Below, in pieces: positions 1 to 8,073 of a stretch of DNA of 64,000 nucleotides. The notes under the pieces were generated by a model, which had not been told where the DNA came from, searched no databases, and worked only from the letters and a program-made list of their open reading frames with translations. Each line of letters opens with the position of its first letter. The stretch's first letter is position 1. Source of the DNA: Candidatus Omnitrophota bacterium (lineage in GTDB: Bacteria > Omnitrophota > Gorgyraeia > Tantalellales > Tantalellaceae); contig JBARQV010000015.1 of assembly GCA_049643885.1 (NCBI GenBank), positions 75,430 through 139,429 on the forward strand, in the 5' to 3' direction. A program made the translations under genes and the position numbers.

Positions 1-1058
1 TTAAGATCTGCGATTCTGTCCGCAAAATGAAGGTAAGGACCAACGCCGATACGCCGGAAGACGCGAAGAAGGCGCGGGCGTTCGGCGCTGAAGGCATCGG
101 CCTTTTAAGGACGGAACACATGTTCTACGGGGAAGGTTCGGAAAAGCCGTTATTTAAACTTCGCAAGATGATACTTTCCAAAACTGAAAAAGAAAGAAAA
201 GCTGCTCTCAAAGAGCTGTATCCGTACGTGAAAAATGACATCAAAGGCACGCTTCAAGCAATGGTCGGGTTGCCGGTGACCATCAGGCTTTTGGACCCGC
301 CGCTTCATGAGTTTGTGCCGCATGAGAAAGAACAGCTTAAAGAGCTGGCGAAAAGCCTTAAGGTCGATATGGCCGACCTTGAAAAACGTGTTTCTCTTCT
401 CAAGGAAAGCAACCCCATGATGGGACATAGAGGTGTCCGCTTGGGCGTTACTTATCCGGAGATAACAGAGATGCAGGTCCGGGCCATACTTGAGGCCACC
501 GCGGAATTGGTGAAAGCGAAAAAGAAGGTGGCGCCCGAGATAATGATACCGGTCGTAGGCGTGGACACGGAAATAGTCGATCAAAAATTTATCTTTGACC
601 GTGTGCTGAAAGAAGTCCTCGCGAAATATAAGTTAAGGAGGTTACCGGTCATGGTCGGCACGATGATCGAGATACCGCGCGCGGCGCTCACCGCGGACAA
701 GATCGCGAAAGTAGCCGAGTTCTTTTCATTCGGGACCAATGACCTGACCCAGATGAGCTTCGGTTTCTCGCGTGACGATATGGGGGCGTTCCTTGTGCCG
801 TATCTGAACAAAAGGATACTTCCGAAAGATCCGTTCCAGTCACTTGATACCGAGGGTGTCGGGCAATTGGTAAAAGCCGGGATCGAGCGGGGGAGGAAGA
901 CACGGCCCAATCTAAAGATCGGCATATGCGGCGAACACGGAGGCGATCCGGCGTCCATAGAGTTCTGCTACAAGGCGGGCATGGATTACGTTAGCTGTTC
1001 GCCTTTCCGCGTACCGATTGCGAGACTTGCCGCCGCGCAGGCAGCGATAAAAAATTAG
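1..1058 (+). CDS. ppdK: pyruvate,phosphate dikinase, C-terminal PEP-utilising TIM-barrel domain (5' end cut by window edge)
   Basis: Reading frame is open to position 1. Motifs ADTPEDA..FGAEGIGLLRTEHMF, GTNDLTQ and ICGEHGGDP are typical of PPDK and other PEP-utilising enzymes. Confidence 0.85.
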   Translation, partial: KICDSVRKMKVRTNADTPEDAKKARAFGAEGIGLLRTEHMFYGEGSEKPLFKLRKMILSKTEKERKAALKELYPYVKNDIKGTLQAMVGLPVTIRLLDPPLHEFVPHEKEQLKELAKSLKVDMADLEKRVSLLKESNPMMGHRGVRLGVTYPEITEMQVRAILEATAELVKAKKKVAPEIMIPVVGVDTEIVDQKFIFDRVLKEVLAKYKLRRLPVMVGTMIEIPRAALTADKIAKVAEFFSFGTNDLTQMSFGFSRDDMGAFLVPYLNKRILPKDPFQSLDTEGVGQLVKAGIERGRKTRPNLKIGICGEHGGDPASIEFCYKAGMDYVSCSPFRVPIARLAAAQAAIKN

Positions 1059-1059
1059 T

Positions 1060-1086
1060 CGGTCGTATATCTTACAACCGGCGAAA
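1060..1086. repeat. short hairpin repeat GTCGGTCGTATATC... (copy 1 of 3)
   Basis: GTCGGTCGTATATC core shared with 1991-2015 and partly with 2336-2359. Lies between the ppdK stop and the sigma factor start. Confidence 0.4.
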
Positions 1087-1108
1087 GAAAGCGATAGAGC
1101 GTGAATTT

Positions 1109-1972
1109 ATGGATGCGATAAAACTGTATCTAAAGGATATCAGGGATCTTCCTCTTCTGACAGCAACCGAGGAGAAGGAGATCGCGCAGAGGGTCAAGAG
1201 GGGCAATAAGAAAGCCCGCCAGAAAATGATCCAGAGCAATCTGCGACTGGTGATAAATATCGCCAAGAAGTACAGCTATCTGGGCGTGCCCATGCTTGAC
1301 CTTATAGAGGAAGGCAACCTGGGTCTCATGAAAGCGGTTTCCAAGTACGATCCCGACAAGGGATACCGTTTCTCCACATACGCCGCGTGGTGGATAAAGC
1401 AGTATATCACCCGTGCCGTGGCAAACCAGAGTAAGACTGTACGCGTGCCGGTATACGTGATGGAGATGCTCATGCGCTACCAGAAGATGAAGAAACATCT
1501 GGCCCAGAAGTATAAGAAGAACCCGCGGGTCAGTGAAATAGCCAAGAAGATGAAGCTCCCTCTTACGCGGGTTAAACAACTTGATCACATGGCATCCAAT
1601 ATTACCAGCCTCAACGCGCCGATCGGTGAATCAGGGGACTCAGAATTCATGGACCTGATCGAAGATGAAAGCATTGTCAATGCCGTGGACGAATTAAGCA
1701 GGTTTCTGCGCAATGAGAGGATAAAGGGGCTTTTGGAGAAGATGACCCCCCGGGAGAAAAAGATCCTGGAACTACGTTACGGCTTGAACGAGGACGAGAC
1801 CCCGCATACCCTCAGAGAAACGGCGAAACATTTCGGCATAACCAGGGAACGCGTGAGACAGATCGAGGTCGCCTGTATACAGAAACTTCGGAAGATGATC
1901 GAGGAACAGGAGCAGGAGGCCCAGGCCCGGTTCAGGAGATCCGGAAAAAAGAAAACGTCCAAAAGACGATGA
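1109..1972 (+). CDS. RNA polymerase sigma-70 family factor (regions 2-4 present; RpoD/RpoS-like, no region 1.1)
   Basis: Region 2 motifs NLRLVINIAKKY and DLIEEGNLGLMKAVSKYD; region 4 helix-turn-helix TLRETAKHFGITRERVRQIE. Protein is 287 aa. Confidence 0.85.
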   Translation: MDAIKLYLKDIRDLPLLTATEEKEIAQRVKRGNKKARQKMIQSNLRLVINIAKKYSYLGVPMLDLIEEGNLGLMKAVSKYDPDKGYRFSTYAAWWIKQYITRAVANQSKTVRVPVYVMEMLMRYQKMKKHLAQKYKKNPRVSEIAKKMKLPLTRVKQLDHMASNITSLNAPIGESGDSEFMDLIEDESIVNAVDELSRFLRNERIKGLLEKMTPREKKILELRYGLNEDETPHTLRETAKHFGITRERVRQIEVACIQKLRKMIEEQEQEAQARFRRSGKKKTSKRR

Positions 1973-1990
1973 CCCCGTCGGTTATCGGCA

Positions 1991-2015
1991 GTCGGTCGTA
2001 TATCGTACGACCGAC
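1991..2015. repeat. perfect hairpin GTCGGTCGTA-TATCG-TACGACCGAC (copy 2)
   Basis: 10-bp inverted repeat immediately after the sigma factor stop. No T-tract follows it. Confidence 0.45.
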
Positions 2016-2028
2016 GATTGACAATAAT

Positions 2029-2105
2029 GCGCCCGTAGCTCAGCAGGATAGAGCGGCTGCCTCCTAAGCAGTAGGTCGTGCGTTCGAATCGCGCCGGGCG
2101 CGCCA
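2029..2105 (+). tRNA. tRNA-Arg (anticodon CCT), CCA encoded
   Basis: Cloverleaf readable: acceptor GCGCCCG/CGGGCGC, D-arm GCTC..GAGC, anticodon stem GCTGC/GCAGT with loop CTCCTAA, T-arm GTTCGAATC, 3' CCA. Length 77 nt. Confidence 0.85.
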
Positions 2106-2335
2106 TTTTTCCAGAACTGTTCATAAAATAGATGTCGAAAAATGGCTGCCAAATCATTGACATGATTTGGCGATATCTCAAAGCCCCTTCGGATTTGAAA
2201 ACAAGTTTTCAACCCTCAGGAGCTTTTCAATATCTTCCGCCCGTTGCGGTCGGAAGTTAGCCATGGGGTTAGATCACGCCTCGGCATCGCGCCGTTTTTT
2301 GAATAAGAGACTATAATTTCGTTGGTTGTCGTTTC

Positions 2336-2359
2336 TATAAGACACGACCGACGAAATAC
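2336..2359. repeat. hairpin-like repeat ...GTCGTTTCTATAAGACACGACCGAC (copy 3, diverged)
   Basis: Shares the ACGACCGAC arm with copies at 1060 and 1991. Confidence 0.3.
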
Positions 2360-2410
2360 AACCGAGTGCGAAGCGAAGAGAAGCTTCCTCGGAGGGGGTG
2401 ACCGACGATC

Positions 2411-2683
2411 ATGTGGTTCGTATACATCGTTCAGTGTTCGGATGGCAGCCTTTATACGGGAATAACAAAAGATACCGTTCGCCGTATTAAGGAACATAAT
2501 ATTAAAAAAGGTGGAAGTTATACCAGGGCCCGCCTTCCTGTCAGGCTTGTTTACAAAGAGGAGCATCCAACAAGATCTAAAGCGCTAAAAAGAGAAGCTC
2601 AACTCAAAAAATTTAAAAGACAGGGGAAAATAGCGCTTATCTCCCAGCATAAACCAAGTCCACGTAAATTTCACAGAAATTAA
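2411..2683 (+). CDS. GIY-YIG nuclease-domain small protein (YhbQ/UPF0213-like)
   Basis: N-terminal WFVYIVQCSDGSLYTGITKDTVRRIKEHN is the GIY-YIG motif. Protein is 90 aa. Confidence 0.7.
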   Translation: MWFVYIVQCSDGSLYTGITKDTVRRIKEHNIKKGGSYTRARLPVRLVYKEEHPTRSKALKREAQLKKFKRQGKIALISQHKPSPRKFHRN

Positions 2684-2759
2684 GCTTGCATGAGATCGCC
2701 GTACGTGTTATAATAATCTTACTTTATGTAGGATTAACATCATTATGAGGTGATAGGAT

Positions 2760-2897
2760 ATGTGGAAATATCTGATGTCCGTGAGAGAGAGGATCTTTCA
2801 AGCGGTTAAAAAAAAGGTGAGAGACGAGGTAAGGGTTATAGATAAATTCTACAAACAATATCATGACCAGACTTCTGCATTAGACAGTAAACGTTGA
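2760..2897 (+). CDS. possible small protein (45 aa), hypothetical
   Basis: ATG follows a GAGGTG Shine-Dalgarno at 7-nt spacing. An intrinsic terminator follows. The ORF is below the 60-aa cutoff of the supplied ORF track. Confidence 0.25.
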   Translation: MWKYLMSVRERIFQAVKKKVRDEVRVIDKFYKQYHDQTSALDSKR

Positions 2898-2963
2898 TGC
2901 GGGGAAAATACTGCCTTCGTGGACCGGGTTCGGCATGCGTGCCGGACCCGGAAAAATAAGAGA

Positions 2964-2991
2964 AACCGGGACCCGTTCCCGGTTTTTTTTG
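2964..2991 (+). terminator. intrinsic terminator (AACCGGG-ACCCGTT-CCCGGTT then T8), preceded by a second hairpin at 2919-2946
   Basis: 7-bp GC-rich stem followed by a U-tract. The upstream hairpin CCGGGTTCGGCA-TGCG-TGCCGGACCCGG shares the CCGG(G)ACCCG motif, so this could be an attenuator in the thyX leader. Confidence 0.6.
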
Positions 2992-3044
2992 TGCCTTGAA
3001 TGAAGCGCTGTTTAGGTGTAAAATAATTGGACAACGGAGGGATT

Positions 3045-4559
3045 ATGATGAAAGTGAATTTAGCTGGATACAATGTCGACACCACGGTTTTGCGTGAACT
3101 TGAGCAAAAGTACGGAAAGCGCGAAGACCTTACCCCGGAAGTCCTTTCGGCCGCTTATGCCCGTATCAGCCGGGATCCCAGGCCCATCGATGAGATCAGA
3201 AAAGACGCGCGGGAAGAAGTAGAAAAATCGAGGAGATCCAATTCTTCAATAATATTCAAGATGGGGCATCACTCTGTCGCTGAGCACGCTGTGTTTAACC
3301 TTGATATCCTGGGAGTTTCAAGATATGCGATGGAGGAGGTGGAAAAGTTCCGTCTTTGTTCCTACACTGAAAAATCACAAAGGTACATCACGCTCGACAA
3401 GGATTTCGTTATTCCCGAAGAGATCAAGGGGACCCGCCATGAGAAGACGTTTCTGGACATGATCCATGAACAGAACGAGGCATATTTTGAGCTGTACGAA
3501 AAACTCAAAGACTGGGTGTTCAAAAAACATCCCGAACTTGCCGCTGATCAGAAGAAGCATGATCTCCTTGAGGGGTGGGCAAAAGAGGACGCCCGCTATG
3601 TTACGGCGCTGGCAACGGAATCACAGGTAGGGCAGACGGTCAACGCCCGGAGTCTTGAACTCATGCTCAGGAGGTTCGCTTCTCACCCCCTGGAGGAAGT
3701 CCAGAAACTGGGCCGGAGGCTGTATGAAGAGATAGCCCACGTAGCGCCTTCTATTGTCATTTTTCATGAAGCTAACGACCGTGACCTTAAGACATATCCC
3801 GAGCTTAAGGAAACAACGCGAGAATTCATGCACGGCGTATCCGGATCTTCTTTTACCGGGGAAGAAGTCCGGTTGGTGGAATTCACAAAAAATGCCGATG
3901 ACGTGATCGCTTCTTCATTCGTGCACACTTCTTCGGGCGTGCCATATGAACGGTGCAAGGAACTGGTAAAGAACCTGACAGGGGAACAGAAAGCGGAGAT
4001 CTTTAAGGCCGCATGCCGGAACATGCAGTTTTACGATTCCATGCTGAGGGAATTCGAATACGCCGATCTTACCTTTAATATAGTACTTTCGGCTGCCTGT
4101 TTCGGTCAGCTGAAAAGGCACCGCATGTCCACTATCACTTCGCAACCTTATGACCCCGGGCTTGGTATTACTATTCCTGAATCGATAAAAGAGATCGAAA
4201 TGGAGAAGTATTTCCGGGGAATAGTCGACAGGACCAATGAGGTATATGAGCAAATAAACAAGGAGTTTCCCCTGGCAGCCCCATATATCCTCACCAATGC
4301 CCACCGGAAAAGGGTATTGATACGGCTGAACGCCAGGGAATTATACCATATATCCCGCCTGAGAGAAGACGCTCACGCGCAATGGGATATAAGGAACGTT
4401 TCCATGGCCATGACAGAGCATGCTAAAAAAGTCATGCCCCTGACCTTCGGGCTGGCAGGAGGCAAGGACAGGTATAGCGAGGTCTACCGGAATATTTACG
4501 GCCGGATCCCGAAGGCAACAGAAGCTATGCTGCCGGGCGTCAGGAACATAAAGACCTGA
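3045..4559 (+). CDS. thyX: flavin-dependent thymidylate synthase ThyX, tandem-duplicated (two ThyX domains in one chain)
   Basis: First half has HHSVAEH plus SYTEKSQRY, but KFR in place of RHR. Second half has RHRMSTITSQ(P)Y plus AHAQWDIR. The 510-aa length is consistent with fused ThyX domains. Start may be the ATG at 3045 or at 3048, after a GGAGGG Shine-Dalgarno. Confidence 0.8.
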   Translation: MMKVNLAGYNVDTTVLRELEQKYGKREDLTPEVLSAAYARISRDPRPIDEIRKDAREEVEKSRRSNSSIIFKMGHHSVAEHAVFNLDILGVSRYAMEEVEKFRLCSYTEKSQRYITLDKDFVIPEEIKGTRHEKTFLDMIHEQNEAYFELYEKLKDWVFKKHPELAADQKKHDLLEGWAKEDARYVTALATESQVGQTVNARSLELMLRRFASHPLEEVQKLGRRLYEEIAHVAPSIVIFHEANDRDLKTYPELKETTREFMHGVSGSSFTGEEVRLVEFTKNADDVIASSFVHTSSGVPYERCKELVKNLTGEQKAEIFKAACRNMQFYDSMLREFEYADLTFNIVLSAACFGQLKRHRMSTITSQPYDPGLGITIPESIKEIEMEKYFRGIVDRTNEVYEQINKEFPLAAPYILTNAHRKRVLIRLNARELYHISRLREDAHAQWDIRNVSMAMTEHAKKVMPLTFGLAGGKDRYSEVYRNIYGRIPKATEAMLPGVRNIKT

Positions 4560-4570
4560 CCAAATAAATC

Positions 4571-4975
4571 GTGCGCAAATTTGTTTTTTCTTTTATCGGA
4601 TGGCTTGAAGTCCTCATAGGGGTTCTAACCTTTACCGTCCTGCTTGTCATTCAGATATATCAGCCTAACGGCATTCCGGTCAAACCTTTAAATGTCTTCG
4701 TTTTTGTCATGGCCTCCGCAGTGGTTTCATTCGTGCTGGGCCTGGGACTCGTCTTTCATAAGGACTGGGCAAGCATCCTATTAATGTTCTTTTCGGGTTT
4801 TATCATGCTGGAAAAATTGCAGATATTCTCAGGCCTCCTGGCGTTCAAAGGCGAAATAATAACGGTAATACCGGTCCGGGTAAAAGATGTTATTTCATTT
4901 ATTTATCACACGGCGATCCTGGCATCGCTCTGGTATTTTAAATGTAATAGCAAGGAGGAAACAGATGCTTTCTAA
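4571..4975 (+). CDS. hypothetical integral membrane protein
   Basis: Four predicted transmembrane helices; GTG start. Confidence 0.45.
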   Translation: MRKFVFSFIGWLEVLIGVLTFTVLLVIQIYQPNGIPVKPLNVFVFVMASAVVSFVLGLGLVFHKDWASILLMFFSGFIMLEKLQIFSGLLAFKGEIITVIPVRVKDVISFIYHTAILASLWYFKCNSKEETDAF

Positions 4976-5321
4976 GTTACTCGGTATAATATGGATCTTA
5001 CTTGGCATACTGTGGCTTGTCGATCCGCAAAGGCTGAAGACCAGGCTTCAGGGGAAGATGAACCGCAAGATGAAACGGGTCGTATTCGGTTTTATACTGG
5101 TGTTCGGACTCCTCATGATCGGGAGCGTTTTCAGGACTTCCGGGATCCTGCCTAAGATCATCGGGATAGCGGGGATGGTCCTTGTAATAAAAGGCATTAT
5201 TTTGATCACGTCAAAGACGTCAGATAAGATCTTTGAGTGGCTGGGAAGCAGGTCGCTCAAATACTTCAGGATATGGGCGCTGGTCCTATTGGCGCTCGGT
5301 CTCATGATGATATTCGCGTAA
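4965..5321 (+). CDS. hypothetical integral membrane protein
   Basis: AGGAGG Shine-Dalgarno precedes the ATG at 4965. Product is hydrophobic. The supplied ORF starts upstream at 4887, but the internal start has the better ribosome-binding site. Confidence 0.45.
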   Translation: MLSKLLGIIWILLGILWLVDPQRLKTRLQGKMNRKMKRVVFGFILVFGLLMIGSVFRTSGILPKIIGIAGMVLVIKGIILITSKTSDKIFEWLGSRSLKYFRIWALVLLALGLMMIFA

Positions 5322-5339
5322 ATCTCAAAGAGGAGATAC

Positions 5340-6173
5340 ATGGCGGTGAAAATTTTTATTACCTGCATCACGGTATTCTTCTTGGCCGGCAATGTATTTT
5401 GCCAGACAGAGGAGATGGAGGTTAAAGTCTTCAGATTGGATCACAGGGAGGCAAGGTCCATGCTCCCGGCCGTGGAACACTTGAAAAGCGGCGAAGGCAA
5501 AGTCACTGTCGATCAAAACTCCAACAGCCTGATCGTTGTCGATCTTCCGGAGAACCTGGAAAGGATAGCTGAAGTCATCAGCATGCTTGACGTTGCACAG
5601 AAAGAGGTCCGTATAAACGTGACCGTTGCGGAAGTCACTGACGCCTTTCTTGGAAAGATCGGAATGGTTTCAGGCCAGGCGATCATCCCGGAAGACAGGC
5701 TCTCGGAGATACAGTACCTGGTCAATACCAGCGAGGATACCAATGTCATCACGGAGATGTCGTTAAGAACTTTAAGCGGTCAGACGGCTAAGCTCCAGGT
5801 AGCCCGTGAGGAGATCCTCTGGGGTGTTACATCCACGCCTGAAGGTAGCACGATAACCGTTTCGCCCGCGGGGATAAGAGCCGCTGGCAGTTTTTTGGAG
5901 ATCTTTCCGAATGTCAACAGAGACGGGTCGATCACAATAACCCTTATGCCGTCAGTGAGCGAATTTGTGGATGAAAGGACTACGCAAAAGAGGGAGGTCA
6001 TTGCCAGCGTGGTCGTTAATAGCGGGGACACGATAGCTCTCGGGGGGTTGAAATCGTCAAAAAGACGTACCAGGCAGGAAAGGATACCTCTTACCGAGCT
6101 TTCCCTGCCCGAGAAGTTCACCGAAGAGGCGCGGATAATGGTCATGTTTCTTACTGCGTCAGTTATAGAATAG
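5340..6173 (+). CDS. minimal secretin-family outer-membrane channel (signal peptide + one secretin-N domain + secretin domain)
   Basis: Secretin-N-like VKVFRLDHREARSMLP...SNSLIVVDLPENLERIAEVISMLD. Secretin core SGQTAKLQVAREE ... VVVNSGDTIALGGL ... IPL...LP ... IMVMFLTASVI. Only 277 aa. Confidence 0.6.
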   Translation: MAVKIFITCITVFFLAGNVFCQTEEMEVKVFRLDHREARSMLPAVEHLKSGEGKVTVDQNSNSLIVVDLPENLERIAEVISMLDVAQKEVRINVTVAEVTDAFLGKIGMVSGQAIIPEDRLSEIQYLVNTSEDTNVITEMSLRTLSGQTAKLQVAREEILWGVTSTPEGSTITVSPAGIRAAGSFLEIFPNVNRDGSITITLMPSVSEFVDERTTQKREVIASVVVNSGDTIALGGLKSSKRRTRQERIPLTELSLPEKFTEEARIMVMFLTASVIE

Positions 6174-6231
6174 GAAAAAGGTGAACAAAGGGTAAGCCTC
6201 TAGAACCCCTTAATTTGTTGGAAAATAAGCC

Positions 6232-6264
6232 TTGACATTTATCTTCTAATAAGGGTATTATAAT
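6232..6264 (+). promoter_or_regulatory. sigma70-type promoter, TTGACA-N18-TATTAT (TATAAT overlapping)
   Basis: Perfect -35 hexamer at 6232-6237 and -10 at 6256-6264. Lies about 50 nt upstream of the tubulin-like gene's Shine-Dalgarno/ATG. Confidence 0.55.
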
Positions 6265-6314
6265 TTTGTTAATTCGGCTGTAATGATCACTTGATAAACT
6301 CAAGGAGGAGCAAA

Positions 6315-7586
6315 ATGGCAGGAGCGAAGAAGAAAAAGGCAAAAAAAGCGACATCCAGAAAATCAAAAGCTTCAAAACCAAAAACCAGAAAATCAACATT
6401 TAAGAAGTCCGCAACTGCAAAATCAGCCACCAGGAAAAGAGCCGGGAAGTCATCGGTCGATATCTTCGAAAGCGTGAACGTCCCTACGCTCGAACTTGAA
6501 GAGTATGAACCCAGGATGGCTCACGAAGACGCGGTAGAAGATGTTATCGGCGGATCGACTCATTACGCGTGGGTAGGTTCGGGACAGTGCGGCGGCAGGA
6601 TCGTGAAATCGTTCTATGAGCTTGGGTACAGAAAATCCCTTGCCGTAAATACAACTCACCACGACCTGGATCTTTTAGAGCTGCCCAACAACCAGAAGTT
6701 CTTAATGGACATCGGAGAAATGGGCGCCGGCAAAGATATGAGCCGGGGCAAAGAAGCGGCGAACCGCTACCAGCAGGAGATCATCCACATGAAAGGAAAG
6801 ATCTTCGGTTCCCAGATCAATCACATCATGGTCAGTTTCGGAGCCGGCGGCGGTACCGGAAGCGGAAGCGCTACTAAACTTGTAGAGATAGCCAAAAAGT
6901 ACGCCCGCCATATCGGTATAGGCAATCCGGATAAACGCGTAGGCGTAGTCCTGACGCTGCCGACCGTGGGTGAAGCAAGTTCTCCACTGGTATCGCAGAA
7001 CACTTACAACGTAGTTTCAGAGCTGGGCCAGATGGCAATGGAGGGAAAACTTTCCCCGCTGGTGATCATCGACAACGAAAAGATCAGCAAGATGTATCCC
7101 GGCCTGACCGTCAAGACCTTCTGGTCGACCATAAACAATACCGTAGCAGGCCTGTTCGACATATTCAACAGGCTCAGCGCGTTAAGCAGCGAGTACACGT
7201 CGTTTGATACCGTGGATTACCACAGCATCATGGAAGCCGGCGGCTGCGCGATAATGGGTCTTACGAAAGTGACCGAGATCAAAGACAAGTTCGCTTTGTC
7301 GACGGCCGTGAAGAACAACCTGCAAAAGACACTGCTTGCGGACGGGTTCGATCTGGCCTCCGCTAAAGTTGCCGGATGTATAGTGGTCGGCGGGCGCGAT
7401 TTGATGGCAAACGTACCGGGTCTGCAGGACAACATCAACTACGCGTTTGACGTCCTGTCGGATATAACCGGGAAGGCGACCGTCCACAGAGGGATCTATG
7501 AGGATAATAAGGATTCCCTTAGGGTGTACACCATAATCGGCGGTCTTGATCTTCCCACCCGAAGGCTTGCTGAGTTCAAGGCGTAA
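6315..7586 (+). CDS. tubulin/CetZ-like GTPase (FtsZ-tubulin superfamily) with an N-terminal Lys/Ala-rich basic tail
   Basis: T1 loop GSGQCGGRI resembles tubulin GQCGNQ and CetZ GQAGG. Tubulin signature GAGGGTGSG is present. IIDNEKI resembles tubulin DNEA rather than FtsZ PND. T7/H8 region SFDTVDYHSIMEAGGCAIMG aligns with FtsZ NVDFADVRTVMSEMGYAMMG. Residues 2-50 are AGAKKKKAKKATSRKSKASKPKTRKS... AAGGAGG Shine-Dalgarno 5 nt before the ATG at 6315. Confidence 0.8.
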   Translation: MAGAKKKKAKKATSRKSKASKPKTRKSTFKKSATAKSATRKRAGKSSVDIFESVNVPTLELEEYEPRMAHEDAVEDVIGGSTHYAWVGSGQCGGRIVKSFYELGYRKSLAVNTTHHDLDLLELPNNQKFLMDIGEMGAGKDMSRGKEAANRYQQEIIHMKGKIFGSQINHIMVSFGAGGGTGSGSATKLVEIAKKYARHIGIGNPDKRVGVVLTLPTVGEASSPLVSQNTYNVVSELGQMAMEGKLSPLVIIDNEKISKMYPGLTVKTFWSTINNTVAGLFDIFNRLSALSSEYTSFDTVDYHSIMEAGGCAIMGLTKVTEIKDKFALSTAVKNNLQKTLLADGFDLASAKVAGCIVVGGRDLMANVPGLQDNINYAFDVLSDITGKATVHRGIYEDNKDSLRVYTIIGGLDLPTRRLAEFKA

Positions 7587-7610
7587 AAGGGTTGAACTTT
7601 GTAGTGAAAA

Positions 7611-7652
7611 GGGGCGGTTCCGAAATCGAGTTCGGATCCGCCCTTTTTTTAT
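7611..7652 (+). terminator. intrinsic terminator (13-bp stem GGGCGGTTCCGAA/TTCGGATCCGCCC followed by T7ATTTT)
   Basis: Strong GC stem and U-tract directly after the tubulin-like gene stop. Confidence 0.8.
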
Positions 7653-7698
7653 TTTCGCTGGGTTAAAGATGAGTTATAATTAAAACCAGGAGGGTAAA

Positions 7699-8073
7699 GT
7701 GCGGAAGTTCCTTATATTCATATGTGCGGTCACCGTTTTAAGTTTCTTTTTGCCCGGGATGGTCCATTCCGAGTCGCTGGAAGAATTGAGGGCCAGGGTG
7801 AGGGGCGAAGTCAGGGAAGAGATGGGGATAAAAGAGCCCGCTAAATCCGAGCCCAGAGAAGAAGGAAAAGAAGATTTTATCAGGAGCAAACAGGATATAA
7901 TCATCCAATCGGTATTGATCCTGATGATCCTGGCGATGATCCCGGCTACCATAGCCAAGATCAAGGGGCGGAGTTTTATCGCCTGGTGGGTCCTCGGTGT
8001 ATTATTTTTTATCATTGTCTTTCCCGTTTCGGTATATATAAAGAAATTGCCTCAAAAAAATGCTCAACCATAA
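7699..8073 (+). CDS. hypothetical small secreted/membrane protein (signal peptide, acidic middle, C-terminal transmembrane hairpin)
   Basis: GTG start. Overlaps the larE start by 14 nt. Confidence 0.4.
   Translation: MRKFLIFICAVTVLSFFLPGMVHSESLEELRARVRGEVREEMGIKEPAKSEPREEGKEDFIRSKQDIIIQSVLILMILAMIPATIAKIKGRSFIAWWVLGVLFFIIVFPVSVYIKKLPQKNAQP

Noticed and set aside
2029-2700. Integrated genomic island or prophage at tRNA-Arg.
   Set aside because: No integrase, recombinase or phage genes follow. I could not find a direct repeat of the tRNA 3' end downstream. Downstream genes (thyX, lar, ols) look like core metabolism.
6291-6314. TTG start at 6291 giving a MINSRRSK N-terminal extension on the tubulin-like protein.
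   Set aside because: The AAGGAGG Shine-Dalgarno sits 5 nt upstream of the ATG at 6315, and the promoter -10 at 6259-6264 leaves 6291 essentially in the leader.
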